Positions 44,607 to 56,401 of a stretch of 64,000 nucleotides of DNA are shown piece after piece; the stretch's first letter is position 1, and every line of letters starts with the position of its first letter. A model generated the notes under the pieces. It made no database searches, was not told where the DNA came from, and saw only the letters and a program-made list of their open reading frames with translations. The position numbers and the translations under genes are program-made. The stretch comes from Azolla caroliniana (taxonomy: Eukaryota > Plantae > Polypodiophyta): NCBI GenBank assembly GCA_043228905.1, contig JBHGNT010000002.1:25048001-25112000 (forward strand), given 5' to 3'.

Positions 44607-44955
44607 TAATTCATAGAATTTTCATTTATGTTTTATTATAAGAAAGTAATGTATATTCCAGATTTCTCTGGAACATTCTAGAAGCTTCAGGATTATTCCT
44701 GAGAACACTATAAAAGAAGGCACTAAGCATTATGTTGAACCAAATTGGTTCAACACCAGTCTTAAGCCTCTTAGTCGATTTGTACTTATCTTTCATATAA
44801 TATAAGAGCTGCTGTCATCATCCTATTTCTCTCTCTCTCTCCTCTTCTCACTTCCTCTCTCTCGGGAATCTTACGCAGTCCCGTCCTCTTAGTACTAATA
44901 GTACTACTCTTCTTAGTACTAATTCCATCTCTGTTTTAGTACTATTCCTGACAGT

Positions 44956-44967
44956 TTGAACCAATTT
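44956..44967 (+). other. Self-priming PBS of J
   Basis: TTGAACCAATTT is the exact reverse complement of AAATTGGTTCAA at 44742-44753, 33 nt after TATAAAA (44709); no TGG tRNA PBS is present. Confidence 0.8.
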
Positions 44968-45022
44968 TTTCCTCTAGCCTACTTGTCACTCTCCCTCATC
45001 CTCCTACCCTTTCCCCTATACT

Positions 45023-46180
45023 ATGGCTACTGTTAGCGCCCAAGAATACCAATCCGTTTTCTCCGAGCTACAGTGCCTAAAAGAAAAGTTTGTTGCCTTG
45101 GAACAAGAAAACCAACGGCTGATAGGGGATCTGCAACAAATCGCTCTAGAAAAACAACAAACGCAACAACAACATGGGGAGTTAGCGTTACGGGTACAAC
45201 AACTCGAAGCAGCGTTGCAACAACAAGGATCCAGTCCCCAAGGATTTCATAAAGAGCCCAAGATTGGACTTCCTGTGAAATTTGATGGAACGCGTTCGCA
45301 ATTTCGGGGATTCCTTAATCAGGTACGCTTAGTCATCCAGATGCATCCTTCCCGATATCCCACTGATGCATCTCGAGTCGGCCTAATAGGCACGCTACTT
45401 AGCGGCTCAGCCTTGGCATGGTTCGCTCCGCTTCTAGAAAAACAATCGTCCTTGCTTAATAACTTTGAAGATTTTATTGGTGAGTTTAAAGCCTGCTTTG
45501 GAGACACCGACAGCATCAGGACGGCGATCAACAAGATCCGGCGATTGCGTCAAGGCGATCGTCCAGCCTCTGCCTACGCGGCGGATTTCCGCCTACTTGC
45601 TTCAGATATACCCTGGGATGATCAAGCACTAATGGAGCAGTTTCGCTATGGCTTGCGAAACGATGTCAAAGATCTACTTCTAACTTTCCCCGAAGAACCA
45701 AAGTCTCTTACGGAGGCAATCAGTCGAGCAGTTCGATGTGACAACCGCCTTTTTGAACGGCGTTCAGAACGTCAATTACAGATACCACGCTCTAGGCCAG
45801 AGCCCACTTACGCCGCAGTCGCGGCTAAACCGTTTGCACGAGACATACCTCAAGCAAATACTTCGACACCGATGGAGATCGATACCATGCGTCGACGCGG
45901 CCCGTTATCGGAAGAAGAAAAGCAACGACGACGTGCCAATCGATTATGCCTTTATTGCGGTGGACCAGGACATATCGCCATCAATTGTCCCCATAGGCCA
46001 AGAAGACAGGTAAATCAAATTGTCGCCTGTACTAAACCTGAGTCAATTCTTCCCTTCGGAGTGTCTGATAGTAGTAATAGTACTAATAGAGTGTCAGATA
46101 GTATTCATAGTACTAATAGCCCAAGTATCTCAAATAAATTTGAAATCCTTAGTCAATTAGATGAAGAGTTAAACGATTGA
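45023..46180 (+). CDS. Gag of J (PEG10/Tf-like: coiled coil, capsid, CCHC), 385 aa
   Basis: KFDGTRSQFRGF, LRQG, FRYGL, PMEID, CLYCGGPGHIAINC. Confidence 0.93.
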   Translation: MATVSAQEYQSVFSELQCLKEKFVALEQENQRLIGDLQQIALEKQQTQQQHGELALRVQQLEAALQQQGSSPQGFHKEPKIGLPVKFDGTRSQFRGFLNQVRLVIQMHPSRYPTDASRVGLIGTLLSGSALAWFAPLLEKQSSLLNNFEDFIGEFKACFGDTDSIRTAINKIRRLRQGDRPASAYAADFRLLASDIPWDDQALMEQFRYGLRNDVKDLLLTFPEEPKSLTEAISRAVRCDNRLFERRSERQLQIPRSRPEPTYAAVAAKPFARDIPQANTSTPMEIDTMRRRGPLSEEEKQRRRANRLCLYCGGPGHIAINCPHRPRRQVNQIVACTKPESILPFGVSDSSNSTNRVSDSIHSTNSPSISNKFEILSQLDEELND

Positions 46181-46212
46181 GTCCAGCCAAAATAGGAGCC
46201 ATTTGGTTGGAC
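46168..46212 (+). other. Putative -1 ribosomal frameshift signal (G TTA AAC plus stem-loop)
   Basis: Heptamer 46168-46174, 6-nt spacer, stem GTCCAGCCAAA/TTTGGTTGGAC 46181-46212; pol is in the -1 frame and the overlap is only 46165-46180. Confidence 0.8.
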
Positions 46213-49200
46213 AGCAGCCCTAGATCTGTACAGCCCATTAGTGGTTCCATTCCTTCCAAGCAAGTTAGCAATGTGTTCCTAGCCCAAGTCATTGTTAGTA
46301 CTAAAAGTACTCCCCCAGTACCCGTCCTAGCACTTTTAGATTCCGGAGCTAATTCCTGTTTCATGGATCGAAATTTTGCCCAAGCTTCTCAGATATCCTT
46401 AAGAAAACTTCCTTGTCCCGCATCTGTAGTGGTCATTGATGGTCGTCCCATTGCTTCCGGGAATATTGTAGAAGAATCAGAACCCATTCAAGTTGTCCTA
46501 GGTAGTTTTGTGTGTATAATATCGTTTAATATAATTAGTAGTCCAGAGCATCCCATTGTCCTAGGATTACCTTGGCTTGAGTTACATAATCCAGTCATAG
46601 ATTGGAGAACAAGAGAAGTCCGATATCGACCACCCCAAGAATCAACTCGCCGAGTTTCGACCATTTCACTCCATCAACTACGCGAAGAAGGACCCAAGGA
46701 GGCAATGTTCCTATTTTCCATATCAGTACATCCTTCCAACACTATTAAGAAGGACTCCTCAGTACAACTTCCGGCAAAATATCATCCTTATGCCGATGTA
46801 TTTGACAAGGTAAAAGCCGGTACCCTTCCTCATCACCGTCCCTATGACTGTCCCATCGATTTACAACCAGGAACCGAGCCACCATGGGGACCAATTTACA
46901 ACCTGTCACCCACCGAGTTAGAAGTCCTTCGAGCCTACATAGAGGAGAACTTGGCAAGCGGGTTCATCCGTCATTCGAAATCTCCGGCCGGTGCACCCAT
47001 CTTCTTTGTTAAGAAGAAAGATGGCTCACTTCGTCTTGTCGTTGATTACCGCGGATTAAATAAAGTCACCATCCGGAATAGGTATGCACTTCCTCTTATA
47101 TCAAGTCTTTTAGAGCGAGTTAATGGTGCCAAGTTTTTTACTAAAATCGACCTACGCGGAGCGTATAATCTCGTGCGGATCCGACCGGGAGATGAGTGGA
47201 AGACCGCTTTTCGCACGCGGTATGGGCATTTTGAGTATACTGTTATGCCGTTTGGCCTAACCAATGCACCCGCAGTCTTCCAACACATGGCAAATGATAT
47301 ATTCAGAGACCTCTTGGATATCTGTTTGATCATTTATCTGGATGATCTGTTGATCTATTCGAAGACCCAGGAAGAGCACGACTCTCATGTACTATTAGTA
47401 CTAAAGCGACTCTGCGAGAATGGTCTTTATGCCAAGCTAGAAAAATGTAGCTTTGACTGCAAGCAAGTGGAATTTCTAGGCTACGTCATCTCCTCAAAGG
47501 GCATCGCCATGGATCCAGCTAAGATCCAAACTGTACTAGAGTGGCAAATTCCACGGTCGGTACGAGATGTACAATGTTTTCTAGGTTTTGCTAACTTCTA
47601 CCGTAAGTTTATACAGGATTACTCGAAGATTATTTTACCTCTCACACAACTTACGAAGAAGGGCCAAGCATTTCTTTGGTCCATTGAAGCAGATATGGCT
47701 TTTCGGCATCTTAAGAAAGCCTTTACATCAGCACCGATTCTAGCTCATGTGGATACAAGCAAACCATTCATCATGGAGGCCGACGCATCAGATTTCGCCC
47801 TCGGTAGCATCCTTTCTCAACAAGGTGATAAAGAAGAGTTGCATCCGGTGGCTTTCCATTCGCGCAAATTCGATGCCGCAGAAATCAACTACGAAATACA
47901 TGACAAGGAGTTATTAGCCATCGTGGATTCATTTGTACAATGGCGGCATTTCTTAGAGGGCTCTCCACATCAGGTCATTGTCTTCAGCGATCATAAAAAT
48001 CTTGCTTATTTTCAGAACGCTCGCGTACTAAATCGACGGCAAGCTCGGTGGGCGCAATTCCTCACGCGTTTCGACTTCAAAATCACATATCGACCGGGGA
48101 AGCAGCAAGGAAAAGCAGATGCACTATCACGACGTTCATATCTTGCACCTCGTCCTGGTGAAGCAACATTTGATAATCAAAAGCAAGTAATCTTGGGACC
48201 AACACGATTGCACACGACGCGGATTTTTCACACCCCGATGGATTCACGGATTACCGATGACATACGTGCAACCTTGAAGACGGATAGTTTTGCTCAAGAC
48301 ATCCTGGCGCACATTGATACTTCTCGGGCATCCTGTTCTCAGTCTCAACAACCAGGTATTGACTACCGACAATTCGAATATCATGATGGTTTGTTATTCT
48401 TTAAAAAGCGCGTATATGTCCCCGATTGCTCCTGTCGCCTTCAAATTGTCCAACATTGTCACGACACCCATACGGCGGGACATTTCGGTAGTACTAAGAC
48501 GTTGGAGCTAGTGCAGCGATCTTTTTGGTGGCCCCACATGCGCCGTTTTGTCGACGACTACGTTCGGACCTGTGATGCTTGCTGCCGAGCAAAGATGCCA
48601 CGACACCATCCATATGGCTTGTTGGAACCTTTACCAATTCCAAGTAAGCCATGGCAGTCTATTTGTCTTGATTTTATCACAGATCTGCCGGTCTCGAAAG
48701 GGTTCGATGTTATCCTAACCGTCGTCGATCGATATACGAAGATGGCACATTTTGTGCCATGTACTAAAGCCATCACTAGCGAGGAAACCGCCGCTCTTGT
48801 TATGCGTGAGGTTTTTCGGCATCATGGCCTCCCAGACAGTATTATCAGTGACCGAGGCCCGCAATTTGTCTCCAAATTTTGGCAGCATCTCTTCAAGATG
48901 CTCAAGGTCTCCTGCAACCTCTCCTCCGGCTACCATCCTCAGACCGACGGACAGGCGGAACGAACAAACCAAACGCTGGAGCAATATCTCCGGTGTTTCC
49001 TGAGTTATCAACAGGACGATTGGGCCGAGATTCTCCACTTTGCGGAGTTTGCGTATAATAATGCTATTCACTCCTCGACTCGGGTCTCCCCATTTTTCGC
49101 TTATACCGGTTTCCATCCTCGCTGGTCGGTGATCGACACTCCGGAGCTACCTACCAACCCTCGTGCCGAGGATCATTTGGAGAGGCTACGCAAGATCCAG

Positions 49201-49749
49201 ATGGATCTCTCTACTCACCTTCGTCATGCTCAACACACACAAAAGACTTATGCGGATCGTCATCGGATTCCCTCCTCTTTTGCCATCGGAGATCGAGTAT
49301 GGCTCTTACGTCGTCACATCAAGACTACTCGACCGTGCGACAAGTTGGATTATCGACGACTCGGTCCTTTCCGTATTACGGGGAAGATTAATGATGTCAC
49401 CTTCCGCCTTGATCTCCCTCCGCAGCTTCAGATACATCCGGTTTTCCATTGTTCTCTTCTTGAACCTTATAAAGCAAACACCATTCCCGATCGTGTGACA
49501 CCACCGCCGCCCCCACTGGAGTTGGACGCCGGCCCGGAGTATGAAGTTGCTGCCATCCTCGATTCCAAACTTGTTCGCAACAAACTCTATTACTTGGTCG
49601 ATTGGCTCGGTTATAGTCCGAGCGAACGTACTTGGGAACCCGTCGAGAATGTTGCCAATGCACAAGATCTTCTTGCTGATTTCCACCGAAAGTATCCGGA
49701 CAAACCCGGTCCGCAAGTAGCGCTGACTCGTTCCACTCGTCGTCTTTAA
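46177..49749 (+). CDS. Pol of J: PR-RT-RH-INT-chromodomain
   Basis: LLDSGAN, IYLDDLL, EADASD, HHCC and DDE, GPF, EYEVAAILD...YLVDWLGY...TWEP chromodomain. Confidence 0.96.
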   Translation: MSPAKIGAIWLDSSPRSVQPISGSIPSKQVSNVFLAQVIVSTKSTPPVPVLALLDSGANSCFMDRNFAQASQISLRKLPCPASVVVIDGRPIASGNIVEESEPIQVVLGSFVCIISFNIISSPEHPIVLGLPWLELHNPVIDWRTREVRYRPPQESTRRVSTISLHQLREEGPKEAMFLFSISVHPSNTIKKDSSVQLPAKYHPYADVFDKVKAGTLPHHRPYDCPIDLQPGTEPPWGPIYNLSPTELEVLRAYIEENLASGFIRHSKSPAGAPIFFVKKKDGSLRLVVDYRGLNKVTIRNRYALPLISSLLERVNGAKFFTKIDLRGAYNLVRIRPGDEWKTAFRTRYGHFEYTVMPFGLTNAPAVFQHMANDIFRDLLDICLIIYLDDLLIYSKTQEEHDSHVLLVLKRLCENGLYAKLEKCSFDCKQVEFLGYVISSKGIAMDPAKIQTVLEWQIPRSVRDVQCFLGFANFYRKFIQDYSKIILPLTQLTKKGQAFLWSIEADMAFRHLKKAFTSAPILAHVDTSKPFIMEADASDFALGSILSQQGDKEELHPVAFHSRKFDAAEINYEIHDKELLAIVDSFVQWRHFLEGSPHQVIVFSDHKNLAYFQNARVLNRRQARWAQFLTRFDFKITYRPGKQQGKADALSRRSYLAPRPGEATFDNQKQVILGPTRLHTTRIFHTPMDSRITDDIRATLKTDSFAQDILAHIDTSRASCSQSQQPGIDYRQFEYHDGLLFFKKRVYVPDCSCRLQIVQHCHDTHTAGHFGSTKTLELVQRSFWWPHMRRFVDDYVRTCDACCRAKMPRHHPYGLLEPLPIPSKPWQSICLDFITDLPVSKGFDVILTVVDRYTKMAHFVPCTKAITSEETAALVMREVFRHHGLPDSIISDRGPQFVSKFWQHLFKMLKVSCNLSSGYHPQTDGQAERTNQTLEQYLRCFLSYQQDDWAEILHFAEFAYNNAIHSSTRVSPFFAYTGFHPRWSVIDTPELPTNPRAEDHLERLRKIQMDLSTHLRHAQHTQKTYADRHRIPSSFAIGDRVWLLRRHIKTTRPCDKLDYRRLGPFRITGKINDVTFRLDLPPQLQIHPVFHCSLLEPYKANTIPDRVTPPPPPLELDAGPEYEVAAILDSKLVRNKLYYLVDWLGYSPSERTWEPVENVANAQDLLADFHRKYPDKPGPQVALTRSTRRL

Positions 49750-50036
49750 GGGGGAGATAGTGTCATGAGATGGCAAGACTCGAACCCATGACCTTATGGT
49801 ATATGGGTCGAGCTCTTAACCATCTCACCATCTATTGTAATTCATAGAATATTATTTTCATTTATGTTTTATTATAAGAAAGTAATGTATATTCCAGATT
49901 TCTCTGGAACATTCTAGAAGCTTCAGGATTATTCCTGAGAACACTATAAAAGAAGGCACTAAGCATTATGTTGAACCAAATTGGTTCAACACCAGTCTTA
50001 AGCCTCTTAGTCGATTTGTACTTATCTTTCATATAA

Positions 50037-50320
50037 TATAAGAGCTGCTGTCATCATCCTATTTCTCTCTCTCTCTCCTCTTCTCACTTCCTCTCTCTCG
50101 GGAATCTTACGCAGTCCCGTCCTCTTAGTACTAATAGTACTACTCTTCTTAGTACTAATTCCATCTCTGTTTTAGTACTATAAGAGCTGCTGTCATCATC
50201 CTATTTCTCTCTCTCTCTCCTCTTCTCACTTCCTCTCTCTCGGGAATCTTACGCAGTCCCGTCCTCTTAGTACTAATAGTACTACTCTTCTTAGTACTAA
50301 TTCCATCTCTGTTTTAGTAC
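50037..50320 (+). repeat. 142-bp tandem duplication inside the J 3' LTR
   Basis: Unit TATAAGAGCTG...TTTTAGTAC starts at 50037 and 50179; single copy in the 5' LTR. Confidence 0.92.
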
Positions 50321-50582
50321 TATTCCTGACACAAGCTACCCTCCCTTCATTGATCTTTCAATCTTTTCAGTATTGATTGAGAATATTGATCCACTTACCC
50401 TTCCTCTTCCTTGACCATTACACTTGGTTGCTAAAAAACGAGCCTTAAAGCTCAATAATTAGGGTCTTTAATGTAGTTACGAGGCATAATCTAGGTTGTA
50501 GGCTCTTAATTTGTCATTATCATAATGGGTAAAGTGAAGTTCATTGCCAACTTTCAAATCGACTCTTGAATTTCTCATATTT

Positions 50583-51513
50583 CCATTCGGTTAAGTTCAC
50601 ACTTTGAATGCATGGGTGAAGTGCGCACTTGACCGAGCTGCACATTTATGGGTTTTTTGAAAATTTTTGGGGTTTTTTGAATTTTTTTAGGGTTTCTTGG
50701 AATTTTTTCCTTTTGTGCTCTACCATATGTTTATTGATTAGAAAAGTGATCGATTAATGTGATATAATTGACCTGAAATGTTTGTGGTTACAACATACTC
50801 TTGTTGGATATCACATTTTCCCGATTCCATTTTACCTTGCCTTTTTGCTAGCTAATCAACTTCCTTGGATATGATAAGATTTTTCCTTGCATTCTTTTCC
50901 TAGTGGCGGGAGGTTTGAGGAATCGTAGTACAGATGGAGATGGAGGAGACAGGAAAAGAGAGAGGAGGAGCAATGGAGAAAGCATAGGCTAGAACAGAAA
51001 GAAAGAAGGAGAAAATTAAGAATGAACGAAGGCAGTGGCGGTGGCAGTGGCTGGAGGAAAGATGGAGAGAAAGAAAGAAAATTAAGAAAGTGAGGGAGGG
51101 AGAGAAAGAAAGAAACAGAATTAAGAATAAATGAATACGGAAAAGGAAAAGGATAATTGGGTTAAGTAGGAAAGTTTATTTCTTTAACGAGAATCAAAAT
51201 TACCGACTCACAGAAACACATACACACATACAACACGTAACACGCACACAGACGCTACGACTGGAGAGACCAATTCTGAAATTTGGTTCTTTTTTTCCTT
51301 GCATTTCTCGTTGTGCATTTCCAGGAGACCCCACCCACCATCACATAACAAATTTAAAATTTTTTTTTTTCTTGGTCAGAAATTCCTTTCTTTTATTGTT
51401 TTTGAATGTTTGGAACCATAGTTTTTATTTCTTTTGATGTAATTTCATCATGAACAATGTAATTTTTTTGATCTAGATTTTGACCTCTATAAAAAGCGCA
51501 CTTAACCGAATGG
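50583..51513. mobile_element. Possible degenerate non-autonomous DNA transposon (MITE-like)
   Basis: 14-bp inverted repeat CCATTCGGTTAAGT (50583-50596) and ACTTAACCGAATGG (51500-51513); no clear TSD. Confidence 0.3.
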
Positions 51514-52079
51514 TTACTGTACATATGCGTACAACTCAACAACATTTTAGGTCTCTTTTTCTTATTTGATTAGTATTCTACTAAGCAAAGGAAACATTTT
51601 TGTCAACTTGTTCAAGAGAACGAGATAATGGTGTTTTATTTAACTCTTGAAATATATACATTTATGTGTACACGAATGCGAGCAATAAAAGCATGCCTAG
51701 TGTAGATGCTAACAACGAGGACTCTAGCAATGCTACAATTTACACTACAATCCAGATAAGTTGTACAAGCACAACTATGTATACTCACCCAAAATGTTGA
51801 CACAATTTCACGTTTTTCAACAGGACTAGATGTTGTGGTAACTTCATCGCAAGTCAATGTTGGCAGTACAAACCCTTTTTTGGGCAACCTAACCATCGAA
51901 GACAAATACTCGTATAATTTTGTCCAGGTTGGCTAGCTTGGTGCCACACATGCACAACATTTTGATGGTGGACCGAGGTGTCACAAGTGGGATGCAAGAT
52001 GATGGTTTGCAAACTCAGTGTCAAGTGAACATGGATTTCTAGTGATACCTATTGGTGCGTGGGTGGATGCGGGTAAATT

Positions 52080-52400
52080 CTATACATACATACATCCATC
52101 CATCTATCCATATATATTCATACATATATACTATAGTCTATACTGGTATACATATATCGATCCATCCATCCATGCATACAAGACATATGTATAATACACA
52201 AGCATCTATACATACACACACTGTACGCATATACATTCATGCATGTACATATACACACATACACACATTAATGCATGCATAAACACATACACACGCCGCA
52301 TACACACACATACATACGTACATACATACATACATACATACATACATACATACATACAATACATGCATGCACGGATACATATACATACATATACATATAT
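52080..52400. repeat. Compound (CATA/CATC/CA)n low-complexity tract upstream of the EHD gene
   Basis: Direct reading. Confidence 0.9.
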
Positions 52401-52629
52401 AGATAGGGTTTTCGCACTCATTACATTTGAAAGTCTGATCGTGTTGTGAGTTGTGTTTCCCGCTCATTGCCGTTGCCTTTAAAATCCCCCACCCCCCCTC
52501 TCTCTGTGTCTGTCTGTCTGTCTTCAATCATTGTCATCCTCCATTGATCCTTTCTTCTACAGATCGATTTGCAGACTCAACGCATATACTCACATAATCG
52601 ACGGATCCGACAGACCTAGAGAAGTAAGG

Positions 52630-55600
52630 ATGGACAATATCCTCACTGTTCGTGATCCCAACTTCTCTAAGCAAGACGATCTCTTGTACAAACAGTGGTT
52701 CCAATACGCTGACCCCGGTAAGCTTACCCCCCTCCTTCTCTTTCCGTTTTATTTTCATCCGTTCTTTTGCTTGCGGGCGGTTTGCGGTAGATTTAAGACG
52801 CATTTTCATTAGGGGCCTACGTATCAGGGGTTTTCTCTCTGTTCACGGCAGTAGACGTACAGTTATCTCTGATCCGTCTTCTCTAATGATATTGATAAAC
52901 TCGTGAATTGATTCGCTAAAAGATGCCTTTTTTTCTGCAAGAAATATGTACATTTTCATAATCTGTTTGATATTCCAATGTGCACATCGATTGAGGTTTG
53001 ATCGGATCCGTCCAATCATATGCTTTTGATCAACTCCTGACATTAATGGCTGAACCATGTCTTACATGGTCGTTTTATATGCTAGAAATATGATCCTTAA
53101 TTTATTTGATCGCATTTTCACCGTTTCAAAATGCGCATAGATTGTTTTCCAGCAGAGCTTTCTTCCACATGTTTCATCCGTGAAAAAATCTTCATTTTCG
53201 TTTTCATCTCAGTTTCCCTTCCAAATTCTCTTTTTGTGTTCAAATTTCTAGTTAAATCTTTCTTTTTTCGATGCAATGACATATTTCTTTTAAAATGTAG
53301 TAATCTGCTTGATCTCTTTTCTATCTTTCTGAATATGTGCAGATGGTGATGGTAGAGTCAGCGGAGCTGATGCGGTAGATTTCTTTTCTCATTCGAAATT
53401 GTCCAAGGACGATCTTAAGCAAGTAAGGATTTAAATCACCCAATTTATGCTCATGGATTGTTCATGCGCGTGTTTGTTTGTATATGTGTAACTCTCTTTA
53501 TCTTCCTGTAATATTCGTTTTGAAGTAGTTATTAACTGTGGAGAGCTTCCAATTTCGTTGTTAATTGGGAAGACAGATGCCTGTGTTCGCCGCTGATGCG
53601 AAGTTTCTTTTTACATAGGTATGGTCAGTTGCAGATTGTAAACGTCAAGGATATCTTGGTTACCATGAATTTGTTACAGCTATGCAGGTTATGATTTAAT
53701 CTCATCAAATACAAACATACACACTTACATATATGTACACATACATTTTTGATGAATCTTATGAGTTTCCTCTCTTGATTGATTGTTATCATTTTCATTT
53801 TGTCTTTCCAACTATTTTCTTCGTTATTTATCAGGTTATTTCTCTCATCCAGACTGGAAATAGTTTATCGGCTGATACATTGTTGAATTCAGGTAAAAAG
53901 AGGAAAGCTTGAAAGGAAGGAATGTGGAATTTAAATTATGTAATGCTTCAGTAGCTTTCGTTTTATAATCCTTGTTTTTATCTCTCACAGAAGCTGAGAA
54001 CATAAGCCCCCCTATGATGGAAGGGTTGGACGAGCTGCTAGCTGTATGGTTATAAACAAATTGAATGTGGTTTCATTAACAAACAAATCATACACAATTG
54101 TTTATGCTTACCATTCTAGTTAACGCTGTGTGTTTTGTTATTTCAGGCTAGACAGAATTCGAAGATGTTAGATGTGGATACAAAGCGTATGTAAAATACT
54201 TGTTTCTCCCATACCATTTTCAATTTAGGGAACTTTCGTCTAATAAGAGACAATTTTGGAATTATGCAGTAAATGTTCCTCCTCCAGAACTTCCGACACT
54301 GTTTTCAAGGCTATTTTCACAAAAGTCAGTGAAAAAGGTGGGGTTTCTTGCGCAATTTTGATACATTGGGAAACACTTATATGCATGTTGACATACATAG
54401 ACGCATAAGTGCTGTAACTCGTTAATTTGTGCAGATTGAACCATCCCATGTTACATCCATTTTTGACGGACTGAAGAAGTTGTATATGGAGAAACTACGA
54501 CCTCTTGAAGTTGCTTATCAATTCAATGATTTTGCACTGCCCCTCTTGGTGATAACTATAACCCATTTGAACTTAACTTGTGTATCACAGTTTCTGTTTC
54601 TTTTATTCAAGCAGTTGTTTCTTATATATAGGGTTTCTGTGTTGGCTTGATTTTTTGTAGACTGACAGTGATTTTGATGCGAAGCCAATGGTCACACTTC
54701 TTGGCCAGTACTCTACTGGGAAAACTACTTTCATCAAGCATTTATTAAGAACGGATTATCCAGGTTTGTTGTTTCCCATATCCAGAAGCCAATACTATTC
54801 TCAAATAGAAAAGTAAAAGCTAAAATTTCTGGTTGTCATTGATAAAGGAGCTCATATTGGACCAGAGCCTACTACCGACCGATTTATTGTTGTTATGGTA
54901 ATAATAAGTTTAAGCTTTAGGTTTGTTTGACCATTATCATGATGTTTTGTTCCGCTTCTTTTATAATTTCATGTGGTTTTTGTTTATTTTTATCAATGAA
55001 GGGAGGTCCCGATGGTCGGACAATACCTGGAAATACTATAGCTGTACAAACAAACATGCCCTATACTGGGCTTACGCGATTTGGAGCTGCTTTTCTCTCC
55101 AAGTTTGAATGCTCACAGTTGAATAATCCGGTATACTTCATTTATCTTCCTTACTAAATCTAAATGTAAGAGTTGTATGGAGCGCTCATCTACTTCTTGT
55201 TGTAGCTATTGGAGCATATATCGTTTGTGGATACCCCTGGAGTCTTATCTGGAGAGAAGCAAAGGACTCACAGGAGTTATGATTTCACCGGTGTCACTGA
55301 ATGGTTTGCGGCCAAGAGTGATCTTATTTTACTACTGTTTGATCCTCACAAGCTGGATATCAGCGATGAATTCAAACGTGTGATTTCTTCACTCCGGGGA
55401 CATGAAGACAAAATAAGAGTCGTTCTGAATAAGGCTGATCAAGTAAGCACACAACAGGTAAAAGAACTCACCTATATAATTTTGATCATTATTTAGGCTT
55501 TTTGATGTTCATGGTTTGATAATCCACTTCTCTATCAGCTGATGAGAGTGTATGGAGCTCTTATGTGGTCTCTGGGTAAAGTCTTGAACACTCCAGAGGT

Positions 55601-56401
55601 GGTTCGAGTCTATGTTGGGTATGCCTTCAGTAAAATAACCCATTGCTGCTGTCTTTCATTCAATGTAATTAACCTACCAAATTTCATTGTGATCCAACTA
55701 CCAGATCCTTTAATGATAAACCAATAAATGAGAGTTCAGGAAGCACCATTGCGAAGGACCTTCTTGAGCCAGAGCAAGCTAGCTTGCTTGCAGATTTGAA
55801 GGACATACCGAGAAAATCATGTGATCGGAAGGTAGAGTCTCTCTCTAAATATCGTTAATGTTCCATTACTTAAAAGATTTCTCTATTTACTTCTATTTAT
55901 GTTCTCATAATCTTCCTGAATATGAAAGATAAATGAGTTTGTGAAACGAGCTCGGGCTGCAAAGATCCATGCCTATCTCATTGGCCATTTGAAAAAGGAG
56001 ATGCCAGCTATGATGGGCAAGATCAAGGCACAACAACGTTTGATTGAAAGCTTGGAGGAGGAGTTCACCAAGGTTATTTAATCAGCCAATGGCTTCCTTT
56101 CTTCTTCTTAAAGTCTCACAACCAATCAATGGGTTTGGGGTTTATTTGCAAAGATATTTTTTGGTGCAATGATAATATTTGAAATTCTAAGGCCTTACTC
56201 TTTTGGTAATAGGTACAAAAGGAATACCATCTTCCTGTTGGAGACTTCCCTAATGTGGATCATTTCAGAGAGATATTGTCAACATACAACATAGACAAAT
56301 TTGAAAAGCTGAAACCCAAGATGATCCAAACTGTAGATGACATGCTCAGTAATGATCTGCCTGAGTTAATCAGGAAGTTCCGTAATCCTTATGAAGAGTA
56401 A
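52630..56401 (+). CDS. EHD1: EH domain-containing protein 1-like (EHD/RME-1 dynamin-like NTPase), 16 exons, 547 aa
   Basis: Exons 52630-52717, 53343-53422, 53619-53687, 53835-53892, 53991-54043, 54147-54186, 54270-54337, 54435-54548, 54661-54763, 54848-54897, 55002-55130, 55206-55457, 55539-55618, 55705-55831, 55929-56072, 56213-56401, all GT-AG and in frame. EF-hand DPDGDGRV, P-loop [25 protein letters not shown]. Confidence 0.93.

Larger units (their letters stand above)
44530..50331 (+). mobile_element. Intact chromovirus (Tcn1/Tf1-sushi-like Gypsy) element J
   Basis: LTRs 44530-44953 and 49761-50331, TSD CAAGC (44525-44529, 50332-50336), PPT AAGGGGGAGATAG 49748-49760, two open ORFs, chromodomain. 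Confidence 0.97.

Noticed and set aside
52052-52527. His/Thr/Tyr-rich and Val/Cys/Met-rich short ORFs
   Set aside because: Translations of the (CATA)n microsatellite.
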